Source: Longimicrobiales bacterium (GTDB lineage: Bacteria > Gemmatimonadota > Gemmatimonadetes > Longimicrobiales > Gaopeijiaceae). Taken from it: 64,000 bases of DNA. The position numbers and the translations under genes are program-made. Shown here piece by piece: positions 35,859-48,639 of the stretch. Each line of letters begins with the position of its first letter. Within the stretch, counting starts at the first letter, position 1. The notes beneath the pieces were generated by a model. The model saw only the letters and a list, made by a program, of their open reading frames with translations. It made no database searches and was not told where the DNA came from. Where the stretch lies: positions 2,752,001 through 2,816,000 of the forward strand of contig CBDBCF010000001.1 in the NCBI GenBank assembly GCA_965202985.1, given 5' to 3'.

Positions 35859-35887
35859 TTGCTGTTGCTGCGTCCATATATTATGTT
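35859..35887 (+). promoter_or_regulatory. Possible sigma70 promoter of the second adhesin
   Basis: TTGCTG, 17 bp, TATGTT in an AT-rich patch ~47 nt before the ATG; GGGAG RBS. Confidence 0.35.
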
Positions 35888-35933
35888 GTTGCCTGCGCAG
35901 GTCGTCCGTTCCATCAACCGCGGGAGCTTGCCG

Positions 35934-40718
<4,785 letters not shown>

Positions 40719-40901
40719 GACCGGGCCGAACGCGCTCGAAGGATCGACCGTAGGCCAGCGCAGCGTGGCTCGGTTCGTCCGATGCGGAAGCCTTACCGTG
40801 CTGGGCCTTCAACCTTCAGGGCGGCCCGGGAGCCGCGGGATGGACACGTAGCGAGCAGATGATTATCGTTACCCCAATCGTAACGATAACGACGAAAAAT
40901 C

Positions 40902-41240
40902 GTGGAGATCGGATTTCGAAGCCGTCGCTTGGCAAAGACGTTCAACTCGGAACGCGAGCTGAAGCGGAGGTACGGAAACCGCATGGCGAAAGCGATCATG
41001 CGCCGCCTCGCCGTCCTGAAGAACGCCAAGACGCTGTCCGACGTGCCATCCACCAAACCCGAGAGGAGACATCAGCTAAAGGGAGACCGAATCGGCCAGT
41101 ATGCCGTAGATCTTGTTCAACCCAAGCGGTTGATCTTCAAGCCCGATCATGATCCGGTGCCCCGTCGGACGGACGGGGGCATCGACACGGACCGGGTCTC
41201 GGCAGTGACGCTGGTTGAAGTCGGCGACTACCACGGATAG
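40902..41240 (+). CDS. higB: HigB-like (RelE/ParE superfamily) toxin
   Basis: MEIGFRSRRLAK start, RRHQLKGDRIGQYAVDL..PKRLIFKP, VGDYH terminus; toxin-first arrangement. Confidence 0.85.
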   Translation: MEIGFRSRRLAKTFNSERELKRRYGNRMAKAIMRRLAVLKNAKTLSDVPSTKPERRHQLKGDRIGQYAVDLVQPKRLIFKPDHDPVPRRTDGGIDTDRVSAVTLVEVGDYHG

Positions 41241-41251
41241 GGGAGCAAACC

Positions 41252-42346
41252 ATGGCTACAGGGACCTATCAGTACCGACCGGACTACGCCGTCTCCCCGG
41301 GATCGGTACTGGCGGAGCGCCTAGCGGCGCACGGGCTTTCTCAGGCGGAACTCGCGCGCCGGTGCGGGCGGTCGCCGAAGCTGATCAGCGAAATCATCGC
41401 CGGAAAAGCTCCGGTTGAGCCGAAGACCGCCTTGCAGTTGGAGAGGGTGCTTGATGTCGGCGCCCACGTTTGGCTCGGCATGGAGTCTGATTACCGCCTC
41501 CATCAGGCCCGCCGAGCAGATGACGAGCAGCTCCGCGGCAACTTGGCCTGGGCACGACGTTTTCCGGTGAAGGAAATGGCGGAACGCGGGCTCATTTCCT
41601 CTACGACAGGCAAAATGTGCGTGTCCGAGCTGCTCTCTTTTCTTGGGGTGGCATCGGTGCAGGCATGGAAGCACCGGCATGACGAGATGGCCGTGGCGTA
41701 CCGCCATTCGCCGAGCTTCAAGAGCAACCGAGATGCGCTCGCTGTTTGGCTTAGAACGGTGGAGATTCGTGCTTCCGAGCAAGGCTGCGCGGACTACGAC
41801 TTGAGCGTGTTCAAGAAATCACTGGGGGCCGTCCGTCAGCTTACCCGGGAATCGTTGGACCACGCCCTGCCAAGTTTGCGAGCGTCCTGCAACGCGGCCG
41901 GGGTGGCCTTCGTGGTCGCGAAACCGTTCGCTGGAATGCGGTTGAGTGGCGCGGCGTGGTGGCCGTCGACGCGCAATCCCGTCATTGCCCTGACGGCGCG
42001 TCACAAGACCAACGACCAACTCTGGTTCAGCATGTTCCACGAAGCCGCCCATGTCATTGTTCACGGCAAGCGGGACGTCTTCATCGACGAGCCGGGCGCG
42101 AACGACGACGGCATGGAGCTGGAGGCGAACCAATGGGCCACCGACTTTCTGATTCCGCGGCCAGCGTGGCTACGCTTCCTGGGCGAGGGCAAGTTCGACT
42201 CCGGCACGGTGCAGGGCTTCGCGGACGCACAGGGCATCGCTCCCGGCATAGTGGTCGGGAGACTCCAGCATGAAGGGCATCTGCCCTGGGGAAGCAGGTT
42301 GAATTCGCTCAAGGTCAAGCTGCGCTGGGCCGACGAACCCAGCTGA
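41252..42346 (+). CDS. higA: HigA-like HTH antitoxin fused to ImmA/IrrE-type metallopeptidase domain
   Basis: AVSPGSVLAERL, SQAELARR HTH, WFSMFHEAAH (HExxH), ELEANQWA. Confidence 0.88.
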   Translation: MATGTYQYRPDYAVSPGSVLAERLAAHGLSQAELARRCGRSPKLISEIIAGKAPVEPKTALQLERVLDVGAHVWLGMESDYRLHQARRADDEQLRGNLAWARRFPVKEMAERGLISSTTGKMCVSELLSFLGVASVQAWKHRHDEMAVAYRHSPSFKSNRDALAVWLRTVEIRASEQGCADYDLSVFKKSLGAVRQLTRESLDHALPSLRASCNAAGVAFVVAKPFAGMRLSGAAWWPSTRNPVIALTARHKTNDQLWFSMFHEAAHVIVHGKRDVFIDEPGANDDGMELEANQWATDFLIPRPAWLRFLGEGKFDSGTVQGFADAQGIAPGIVVGRLQHEGHLPWGSRLNSLKVKLRWADEPS

Positions 42347-42405
42347 CCACGACTCTCCAGCAAGATCCGACCGAGGACCGGGCGCCGTAGGCCGGCCAAG
42401 GCCGG

Positions 42406-43371
42406 CTACCTGGACCGGGCATCCGAGGCCGCCAGCAGTTGGTCCGCCAGCGCGACGATCATGTCGTGCTTGGCCACTTGGCGCCGCCAGTCCTCTCGGA
42501 TGCCGGCCGCGCCGTAGTAGGCGCCGGCAAGCTGGCCGTACACCGCCCCGGTCGTGTCGGCGTCGTCGCCCAGGTTGACGGCCAGAAGCAGGCCGTCGTC
42601 GAAGCCCGTCGCCTTGCTGAAGGCCCAGAGCGCGGCTTCCATCGATTCGACCACGTATCCCGAGCCCTTGATCTCGGGCGGCTCCTTGCGCTTGAACGAC
42701 CCGTCGGCGACGCGCGCGATTCGTTCGGCAAGCGGATCCCGGTCCCATAGGCCGGCCTCCGGGGAATATCGGCGTGCCAGAAGCGTTTGCCTCGGCTCGC
42801 CGTTCAGCGCTCCCGCGATCAGCCCCGCATAGTATCGGCAGGCGTCCACTGCTTCCGAGGCGGCGTGAGTCGTCTCGGAGCCGGCGACGGCGCACTCGAC
42901 CGCTTCCCTCGGCGTGCGCGCAAAGAACATCGGCACGGACGCCAAGCGCATCAGGGAACCGTTGCCGGCGGTCGTCGGGTCGGTCGAGCCGGCCCACGGG
43001 TCCCCCGTGTCTTCGAACCGGACGAGGGCGGCGCGCGTCGTGTTCCCGACGTCGACGGGCAGGTCGTCCCGAGGCGTCATGTAGCCGTCCCGGAGCCAGC
43101 GCACGTACCGGTCCATCTGGTCTTCGGGGTCGAAGCCGCACTCGACGAGACTGGCAGCCAAGCAGAGGGCCATGGAGGTGTCGTCGGTCCACTCGCCGGG
43201 GCGCAGGCGCCAAGGGCCGCCTCCGGTCATGTCCTGGACGGGGGCAAAGGCGCCCGGGGACTTGAACTCCACAGGCGCTCCCACCGCGTCGCCAACCGCC
43301 AGGCCCAGGAGGCACCCGCGGTACCGGTCCCGCCTGCCAACCGGGGAGTTGCATGAAACGATAGGGCGCAT
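42406..43371 (-). CDS. ADP-ribosylglycohydrolase (DraG/ARH family); start uncertain
   Basis: GLAVGDAVG, WTDDTSM, AGNGSLMR, TTH, NLGDDADTTGA. Confidence 0.92.
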   Translation of the reverse strand: MRPIVSCNSPVGRRDRYRGCLLGLAVGDAVGAPVEFKSPGAFAPVQDMTGGGPWRLRPGEWTDDTSMALCLAASLVECGFDPEDQMDRYVRWLRDGYMTPRDDLPVDVGNTTRAALVRFEDTGDPWAGSTDPTTAGNGSLMRLASVPMFFARTPREAVECAVAGSETTHAASEAVDACRYYAGLIAGALNGEPRQTLLARRYSPEAGLWDRDPLAERIARVADGSFKRKEPPEIKGSGYVVESMEAALWAFSKATGFDDGLLLAVNLGDDADTTGAVYGQLAGAYYGAAGIREDWRRQVAKHDMIVALADQLLAASDARSR

Positions 43372-43702
43372 TCGCGGGTTCGCTTGGTGACGGACTGGAC
43401 CGCCGGGGCCGCCCTCGGGGGCCAGTTCGGTGCGGAATCCCCGGCACGGCAGGGACGTCGCCGGGCTGGCAACCGACATCAATCCTAAGTGGAGCCGCCG
43501 CCTGCCGCCCCTGACGGCCGACCGACGTTCGTACTCGTGCTGCGACGGGCGTGCAGGAAGCTTGGCCGGGCTCCCGAGAGCGCGCCGGGTTTCGCTCTTG
43601 GCCGCTTCCGGCGAGCTTGCCTCCGTGAAGATTCGAGACCGAACCCTGTCGAAGGTGCGTGCAAGCAAGTCGACGGCGCACGCGGGAAAGGCACGCCGGA
43701 CG

Positions 43703-44659
43703 GTGATCGACGGTGCGACCAGAACCACCGCGGGCGCCACGGCGCCGTGGATCGCACTGGTCCTTGCTGCTTGCGGGGGCGACGCGTGGCCCGTTCCCGA
43801 GGCCGTGGACGAGGCAGTGCTGCTGGCCGACCACGAGGAATGGCGCGCGGATCGGAGGGAGAGCCTGGTGGACTCGGCCGGCGGCGCGGTCCTGTGGTCG
43901 GGTCTCTGGGAGCTGCCGGAAGGGCCGACGGGGTTCGGGTCGGACTCGTCCTTGGCGATCGTGCTGCCGCCCGAGGACTCGCCGCCTCTGGCGGGCACCC
44001 TTCGCCGAACGGGCGGCCGAGTGCACCTGGAACCGGCGCCCGACGGCGGCGTCCGCCTGAGGGACGGCGCCATCGTGACGGCCCCGCTGCCCCTCGAAGA
44101 CGACCGTTCCGACAGCACCACCGTCCTGTCGCTCGGCTCCTTGGGACTGCGCATCCACGCGGAGAGGGGTACAAAGCGCCTGTGGCTGCGCGCCTGGGAC
44201 GCCGACTCTCCCAAGCGGCAATCCTTTCGCCTGCCGCCCTACTACCCGGTCCGGAACGAGTGGCGCGTCGCCGCGCGCCTGGACCCGTACCCCGAGCCCC
44301 GAACCTTCGACTTGACGGACGTGACCGACGGCACGGTTCAGAACGTCTCGCCGGGCGAGCTGGTCTTTCGCCGCGCCGGACGAGCACATCGGCTAGTGGC
44401 CTTTGCGACCGAGAGCAGCCGCAACTACTTCGTCATGCTGTGGGACTCGACGGCCCTGTCCGGCACCTACCAGGGCGGCCGCTACATGCGCGTGCCCCTG
44501 GCCGACGAAGACGGCTGGACCACCATCGACTTCAATCGCGCCTACAACCCGCCCTGCGTGTTCACGCCGTACTCGGTGTGCAGCCTGCCGCCGCCGGAGA
44601 GCCGACTGGCCCTGACGGTGGACGCCGGAGAGAAGCGACCGGAGACGCCTTCGTACTGA
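43703..44659 (+). CDS. DUF1684 family lipoprotein
   Basis: Lipobox LAAC; TYQGGRY, IDFNRAYNPPC.FTPY..C.LPP.E..L...V.AGEK signature. Confidence 0.85.
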   Translation: MIDGATRTTAGATAPWIALVLAACGGDAWPVPEAVDEAVLLADHEEWRADRRESLVDSAGGAVLWSGLWELPEGPTGFGSDSSLAIVLPPEDSPPLAGTLRRTGGRVHLEPAPDGGVRLRDGAIVTAPLPLEDDRSDSTTVLSLGSLGLRIHAERGTKRLWLRAWDADSPKRQSFRLPPYYPVRNEWRVAARLDPYPEPRTFDLTDVTDGTVQNVSPGELVFRRAGRAHRLVAFATESSRNYFVMLWDSTALSGTYQGGRYMRVPLADEDGWTTIDFNRAYNPPCVFTPYSVCSLPPPESRLALTVDAGEKRPETPSY

Positions 44660-44673
44660 GAAGTTCTCGCGCC

Positions 44674-45327
44674 CTACCGGTTCTCCGTGTAGCGGTCAGG
44701 AATCGGGCCGGCGTCGCTTTCGGACTGCCAGAAGATCGTCACCACCCACCAGCGCTCGCCGTCGTCCAGGAGCTGGATGGAGTTGATGCCGCGCATGAAG
44801 GGCTCGGCGTCCGATTCCGACCGGTACGCGGCGTAGGTGCTGAAGCGGTGGGCGATGTTTCCGTAGCGCTCGGAGACGTGGCTGGTCTCGGCCTCGAAGA
44901 AGCCTTCGGCGAACCAGTTGCCGGACTGGGCGAGCGACGCGTAATCGTCCGGCGACATGACGCGCGCCCCCACCCGCCCGTCCTGGCCGGCGCCCGAGGG
45001 GATCAGCCGGGCGCCGGGGAGGAACAGGGACCGGAAGCGGTCCCAGTCGCGCGGGGCGTCCCCCGGTCCCGAGATCACGTCGTAGACCGCGCTCACGATC
45101 GCGTCCGCCGACTCCACGTCGGCGGGGTCGGCGATCAAGACCGGCATCGCTTCCGCTACCGCCGGGTCGGCCGGGGGCGTCTCCCTTTCCTGGGCGGAAG
45201 TGCATCCGGCCAGCACGGCGAAGGCCGCCGTCAGAAGAGGTCCGGCCGACTTGCGGATGGCCGACGAATGCGGCGGCTTGCTCGCCGGCAACAGGGCCGG
45301 CGTCCGACGGTGCTCTCGGTGCTTCAC
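44674..45327 (-). CDS. Conserved hypothetical lipoprotein, NTF2/SnoaL-like fold
   Basis: Lipobox LAGC; YDVISG, RDWDRFRSLF, YGNIAH.FSTY, RGINSIQL...RWWVVTIFW. Confidence 0.75.
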   Translation of the reverse strand: MKHREHRRTPALLPASKPPHSSAIRKSAGPLLTAAFAVLAGCTSAQERETPPADPAVAEAMPVLIADPADVESADAIVSAVYDVISGPGDAPRDWDRFRSLFLPGARLIPSGAGQDGRVGARVMSPDDYASLAQSGNWFAEGFFEAETSHVSERYGNIAHRFSTYAAYRSESDAEPFMRGINSIQLLDDGERWWVVTIFWQSESDAGPIPDRYTENR

Positions 45328-45401
45328 GGCACTTCTCCTTCGCGTCTGAAATCCAATCCTTGGCGTCCAAGGCCTCGGAAGCTATTTATGGGGGCGATCC
45401 C

Positions 45402-45440
45402 GTTCTTCGCAAGAACCGCTTGTCTTTCGCAAGAACCGCT
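45402..45440 (+). repeat. 15-bp direct repeat TTCGCAAGAACCGCT (20-bp period) upstream of the permease
   Basis: Exact copies at 45406-45420 and 45426-45440; first copy lies in a GTTCTT/AAGAAC dyad. Confidence 0.8.
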
Positions 45441-45466
45441 GCCTCCCCCGCCAAGGCGTCCGCCTC

Positions 45467-47236
45467 ATGTCCTCCGACTCCGACTCCGCCGCCGGCCTCG
45501 CCGTCCGGTACGAACCCGACGAGCGCCCCCCCAACGCCCTCTCGTTCGGGTTGGCGTTCCAGTTCGTCATGCTCACCGTGGCCGGCATCGTCTTGACGCC
45601 GGCGATCGTGGTGCGCGCCGCCGCCGCGGGCGAAGCCTATCTGTCGTGGGCCGTCTTTGCCGCGCTCCTAATCTGCGGCGTCACCACGGTGCTCCAGGCG
45701 GTGCGCGTGGGCCGCGTGGGCTCGGGCTACGTGTTGCTGATGGGCACCTCGGGCGCCTTCATCGCCGTGTGCGTCACGGCCCTGGCGGAAGGCGGACCGG
45801 GGATGCTGGCGGTGCTGGTGATCCTCTCGTCGCTCTTCCAGTTCGTGCTGTCGTGGCGGCTGGCGTGGCTCCGCCGGATCATCACGCCGACGGTGGCCGG
45901 CACCGTGATCATGCTCATCTCGGTCACGGTGATGCCGATCGTCTTCGACCTTCTCACGGACGTCCCGGCGGAAACGGCCCGCTTGGCCGCGCCGGCCAGC
46001 GCCGCGGCGACGCTCCTGGTCACCTTGGTGGTCGTCTTGCGCGGATCCGGTCCGTGGCGTCTGTGGGCGCCGGTGATCGGCATCCTGGTGGGCTGCATCG
46101 TCGCCGGGTGGTTCGGCCTCTACAACATTGGCAGAGTCGCGGACGCCGGCTGGGTCGGCCTCCCCGACGCCGGTTGGCCGGGCTTCGAGTTCAGCGTTAC
46201 GCCCGCGTTCTGGGCGCTGATGCCGGCGTTTGTGCTGGTCACGCTGGTGGGCGCCATCGAGACGATCGGCGACTCGGTGGCCATCCAGACCGTCTCCTGG
46301 CGACGGCCCCGCGCCACCGACTTCCGAGCGGTGCAGGGCGCCGTGGCGGCCGACGGCGTGGGCAACTTGCTGTCGGGGCTGGCAGCGACCGTGCCCAACA
46401 CGACGTACTCGTCCAGCGTGGCCGTCACCGAGATCACCGGCGTGGCGGCGCGGCGCGTGGGCGTCTTCATCGGCGTCATCTTCTTCGCCTTGGCGTTCCT
46501 GCCCAAGACCACCGCGCTGTTGCTGGCCATCCCGAACCCGGTGATCGGCGCCTACGCCCTGGTGCTCATGGCGATCCTGTTCGTGCTGGGCATGAAGATC
46601 GCCGCCCAGGACGGCATGGACTACCGCAAGGCCACCGTGGTGGGCGTGGCCTTCTGGATCGGCGCCGGGTTCCAGAACGGAACGATCTTTCCCAGCTACT
46701 TGGGCGAATGGTGGGGCGGACTCTTGGGGAACGGCATGACGGCCGGCGGGCTCGCCGCCTTGATCCTGTCGGCGTTCATGGAGCTGACGGGTCCCCGGCG
46801 CAAGCGCATGGAAGCCCCGCTGGACGCCGCGGCCGTCCACAAAGTCAGAACGTTCCTGGAGAACTATGCCTCGCGCATGGGGTGGGGAGCGGAGATGGCC
46901 GACCGCATGTGCTTGGTGGCCGAAGAGGCGCTTGAAGTTCTCAAGGAGCGGAACGCCGAGCGGTCGGAGGGCGAAGCGAGCCGCGTCCTGGTCGTGGCCG
47001 GGAGCGACGGTTCGGAAGCCGAGATGGAGTTCGTCGCCGGAGGGGCCGGCGGGAACATCGAGGACCGAATCGCGCTCCTGGGCGAATTGCCTTCCACCCC
47101 GGCGGAACAGGAGATGTCGTTGCGGCTGCTCCGCCACTTCGCGTCGTCCGTGCGCCACCAGCAGTACCAGGACGCCGACATCGTGACCGTCCGCGTGAAG
47201 GCGCCCGGCGCGCCGCAGACGGCGGAGGGCGGCTAG
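45467..47236 (+). CDS. NCS2 (xanthine/uracil/ascorbate) family permease with extra soluble C-terminal domain
   Basis: YEPDERPP, TTVLQ, IITPTVAGTVI, AIETIGD, PNTTYS...TG, PNPVIG; ~140-aa hydrophilic tail. Confidence 0.88.
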   Translation: MSSDSDSAAGLAVRYEPDERPPNALSFGLAFQFVMLTVAGIVLTPAIVVRAAAAGEAYLSWAVFAALLICGVTTVLQAVRVGRVGSGYVLLMGTSGAFIAVCVTALAEGGPGMLAVLVILSSLFQFVLSWRLAWLRRIITPTVAGTVIMLISVTVMPIVFDLLTDVPAETARLAAPASAAATLLVTLVVVLRGSGPWRLWAPVIGILVGCIVAGWFGLYNIGRVADAGWVGLPDAGWPGFEFSVTPAFWALMPAFVLVTLVGAIETIGDSVAIQTVSWRRPRATDFRAVQGAVAADGVGNLLSGLAATVPNTTYSSSVAVTEITGVAARRVGVFIGVIFFALAFLPKTTALLLAIPNPVIGAYALVLMAILFVLGMKIAAQDGMDYRKATVVGVAFWIGAGFQNGTIFPSYLGEWWGGLLGNGMTAGGLAALILSAFMELTGPRRKRMEAPLDAAAVHKVRTFLENYASRMGWGAEMADRMCLVAEEALEVLKERNAERSEGEASRVLVVAGSDGSEAEMEFVAGGAGGNIEDRIALLGELPSTPAEQEMSLRLLRHFASSVRHQQYQDADIVTVRVKAPGAPQTAEGG

Positions 47237-47286
47237 CGGGCGGCGGCCTGCGACGGGGCCGGCCGGCGGACGCCAGCGAGCGTTCC

Positions 47287-48639
47287 CTACTGCGACACGA
47301 CGCGCTTCCCCGGTCGGGCTCGGTACTTCTCGTACAGCGACTTGTGCTTGTTGTCCAAGCTGACGCCTCGGCCCAGGATGAACATATCGGTGACCTGGGT
47401 CTGGATCTCCAGCGGGTCCCCGTCGGTGATCATGATGTTGGCCAGCTTGCCGGGTTCGATCGTGCCGATCCTGTCGCCGAACCCCAGCATATCGGCGGCG
47501 TTCTTGGTGACCGCGGCCAACGCCGCCTCGCGGGGCAGGCCGTAGGGCACCGCTTGGGCGGCCTCGTAGGGCAGCGTGCGGGAGGCCGACGAGTTGAAGG
47601 TGGCGAAGGCGATCTTGACGCCGGCGGCGTGAAGCTTGCCGGGGTTGGCGTAGGCCTCGTCGTACGGGGCATCCGGCCCCGACGGCATCGACTGAGTGGG
47701 CGAGAGGACGACGCTCACGTCGTTCTCCGCCAGCCAGTCGGCGATCTTCCACGCTTGGCGGCCTCCGGCGATCACGAAGTCGATCTCCTGCCGCTGCGCC
47801 CACTCAACGGCGTTTCGGATGTTCCGCTCGCCGTCCGCGGCCAGCAGCACCGGCATCTCGCGGCTCACGACCTTGGCCAGCGCTTCGTTCTTCAGGTCGC
47901 GGCGCAGTTCCGCCCCGGCCTCCACCGCTTGACGATACCGCCGCGCCGCCTCCATCCATTCGTCCAGGCGCGCCACGGCTTCTTCATACTGCTCCTGCTG
48001 CCGTCGCCATCCGCCCTCGGCCGGCGGTCCGAAGCGCCCGAAGCGTCCGCCTCCGCCGCCCAGCCGCGGGTACTGGACGACCATCGCCGCGCCCGGCTCG
48101 ATCGACATCTCCTCGACGGTCCAGCCGTCCAGCCCGATCAGCGACGCTTGGCCGGGGATGGCGCCGTTGCCGCCCTGGGGCGCCGCCATCGTCAGCGCGA
48201 TCCCGTTGGCGCGCGCGACGGGGATGTGCTCGGTGGCCGGGTGGATCGCCGTGGCCGCCTGCAGATGCGGGTTGAAGTCGCCCTGCTCGCGGGAGTCGTT
48301 GGTCATGTCCACGGCGCCGATCTCGGTCAGCCCCAAGCCCGAGACGGCATCGAACATGCCCGGGTACACGTGCCTGCCGGCCGCGTCCACGATCTCGGCG
48401 CCGGGAGGCGCTTCCACGTCGGCCCCGGCCGCCACGATCCGGCCGCCTTCGATCACCACCGTGCCGACGAACGTCTCGCCCGCCAGCGTGTGCACGGTGC
48501 CGCCTTGGATGGCGTAGGTCTGGGCCGCGGCGGGGGCAGCGGCTCCGGCTGCCGCGAGCGCGAGTGCGAGTGCGAGTGCGATCGGGACGGCGCCCCCGCT
48601 GTGCGCGTAGGCCCTGTGCAGGTTGGTGATGCGAGTCAT
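47287..48639 (-). CDS. Exported amidohydrolase-family protein lacking the HxH metal motif
   Basis: Signal peptide; VYPGMFDAVSGLG; GTIEPGKLANIMITDGDPLE; ATGA overlap with upstream gene. Confidence 0.85.
   Translation of the reverse strand: MTRITNLHRAYAHSGGAVPIALALALALAAAGAAAPAAAQTYAIQGGTVHTLAGETFVGTVVIEGGRIVAAGADVEAPPGAEIVDAAGRHVYPGMFDAVSGLGLTEIGAVDMTNDSREQGDFNPHLQAATAIHPATEHIPVARANGIALTMAAPQGGNGAIPGQASLIGLDGWTVEEMSIEPGAAMVVQYPRLGGGGGRFGRFGPPAEGGWRRQQEQYEEAVARLDEWMEAARRYRQAVEAGAELRRDLKNEALAKVVSREMPVLLAADGERNIRNAVEWAQRQEIDFVIAGGRQAWKIADWLAENDVSVVLSPTQSMPSGPDAPYDEAYANPGKLHAAGVKIAFATFNSSASRTLPYEAAQAVPYGLPREAALAAVTKNAADMLGFGDRIGTIEPGKLANIMITDGDPLEIQTQVTDMFILGRGVSLDNKHKSLYEKYRARPGKRVVSQ

Noticed and set aside
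34095..35933. N-terminal 613 aa of the 2207-aa ORF
   Set aside because: Overlaps metX/metB off-frame; RBS and signal peptide place the start at 35934
48554..48580. (GCGAGT)n hexamer repeat as a phase-variation tract
   Set aside because: In frame, only 3-4 units, simply encodes ALALALA in a signal peptide
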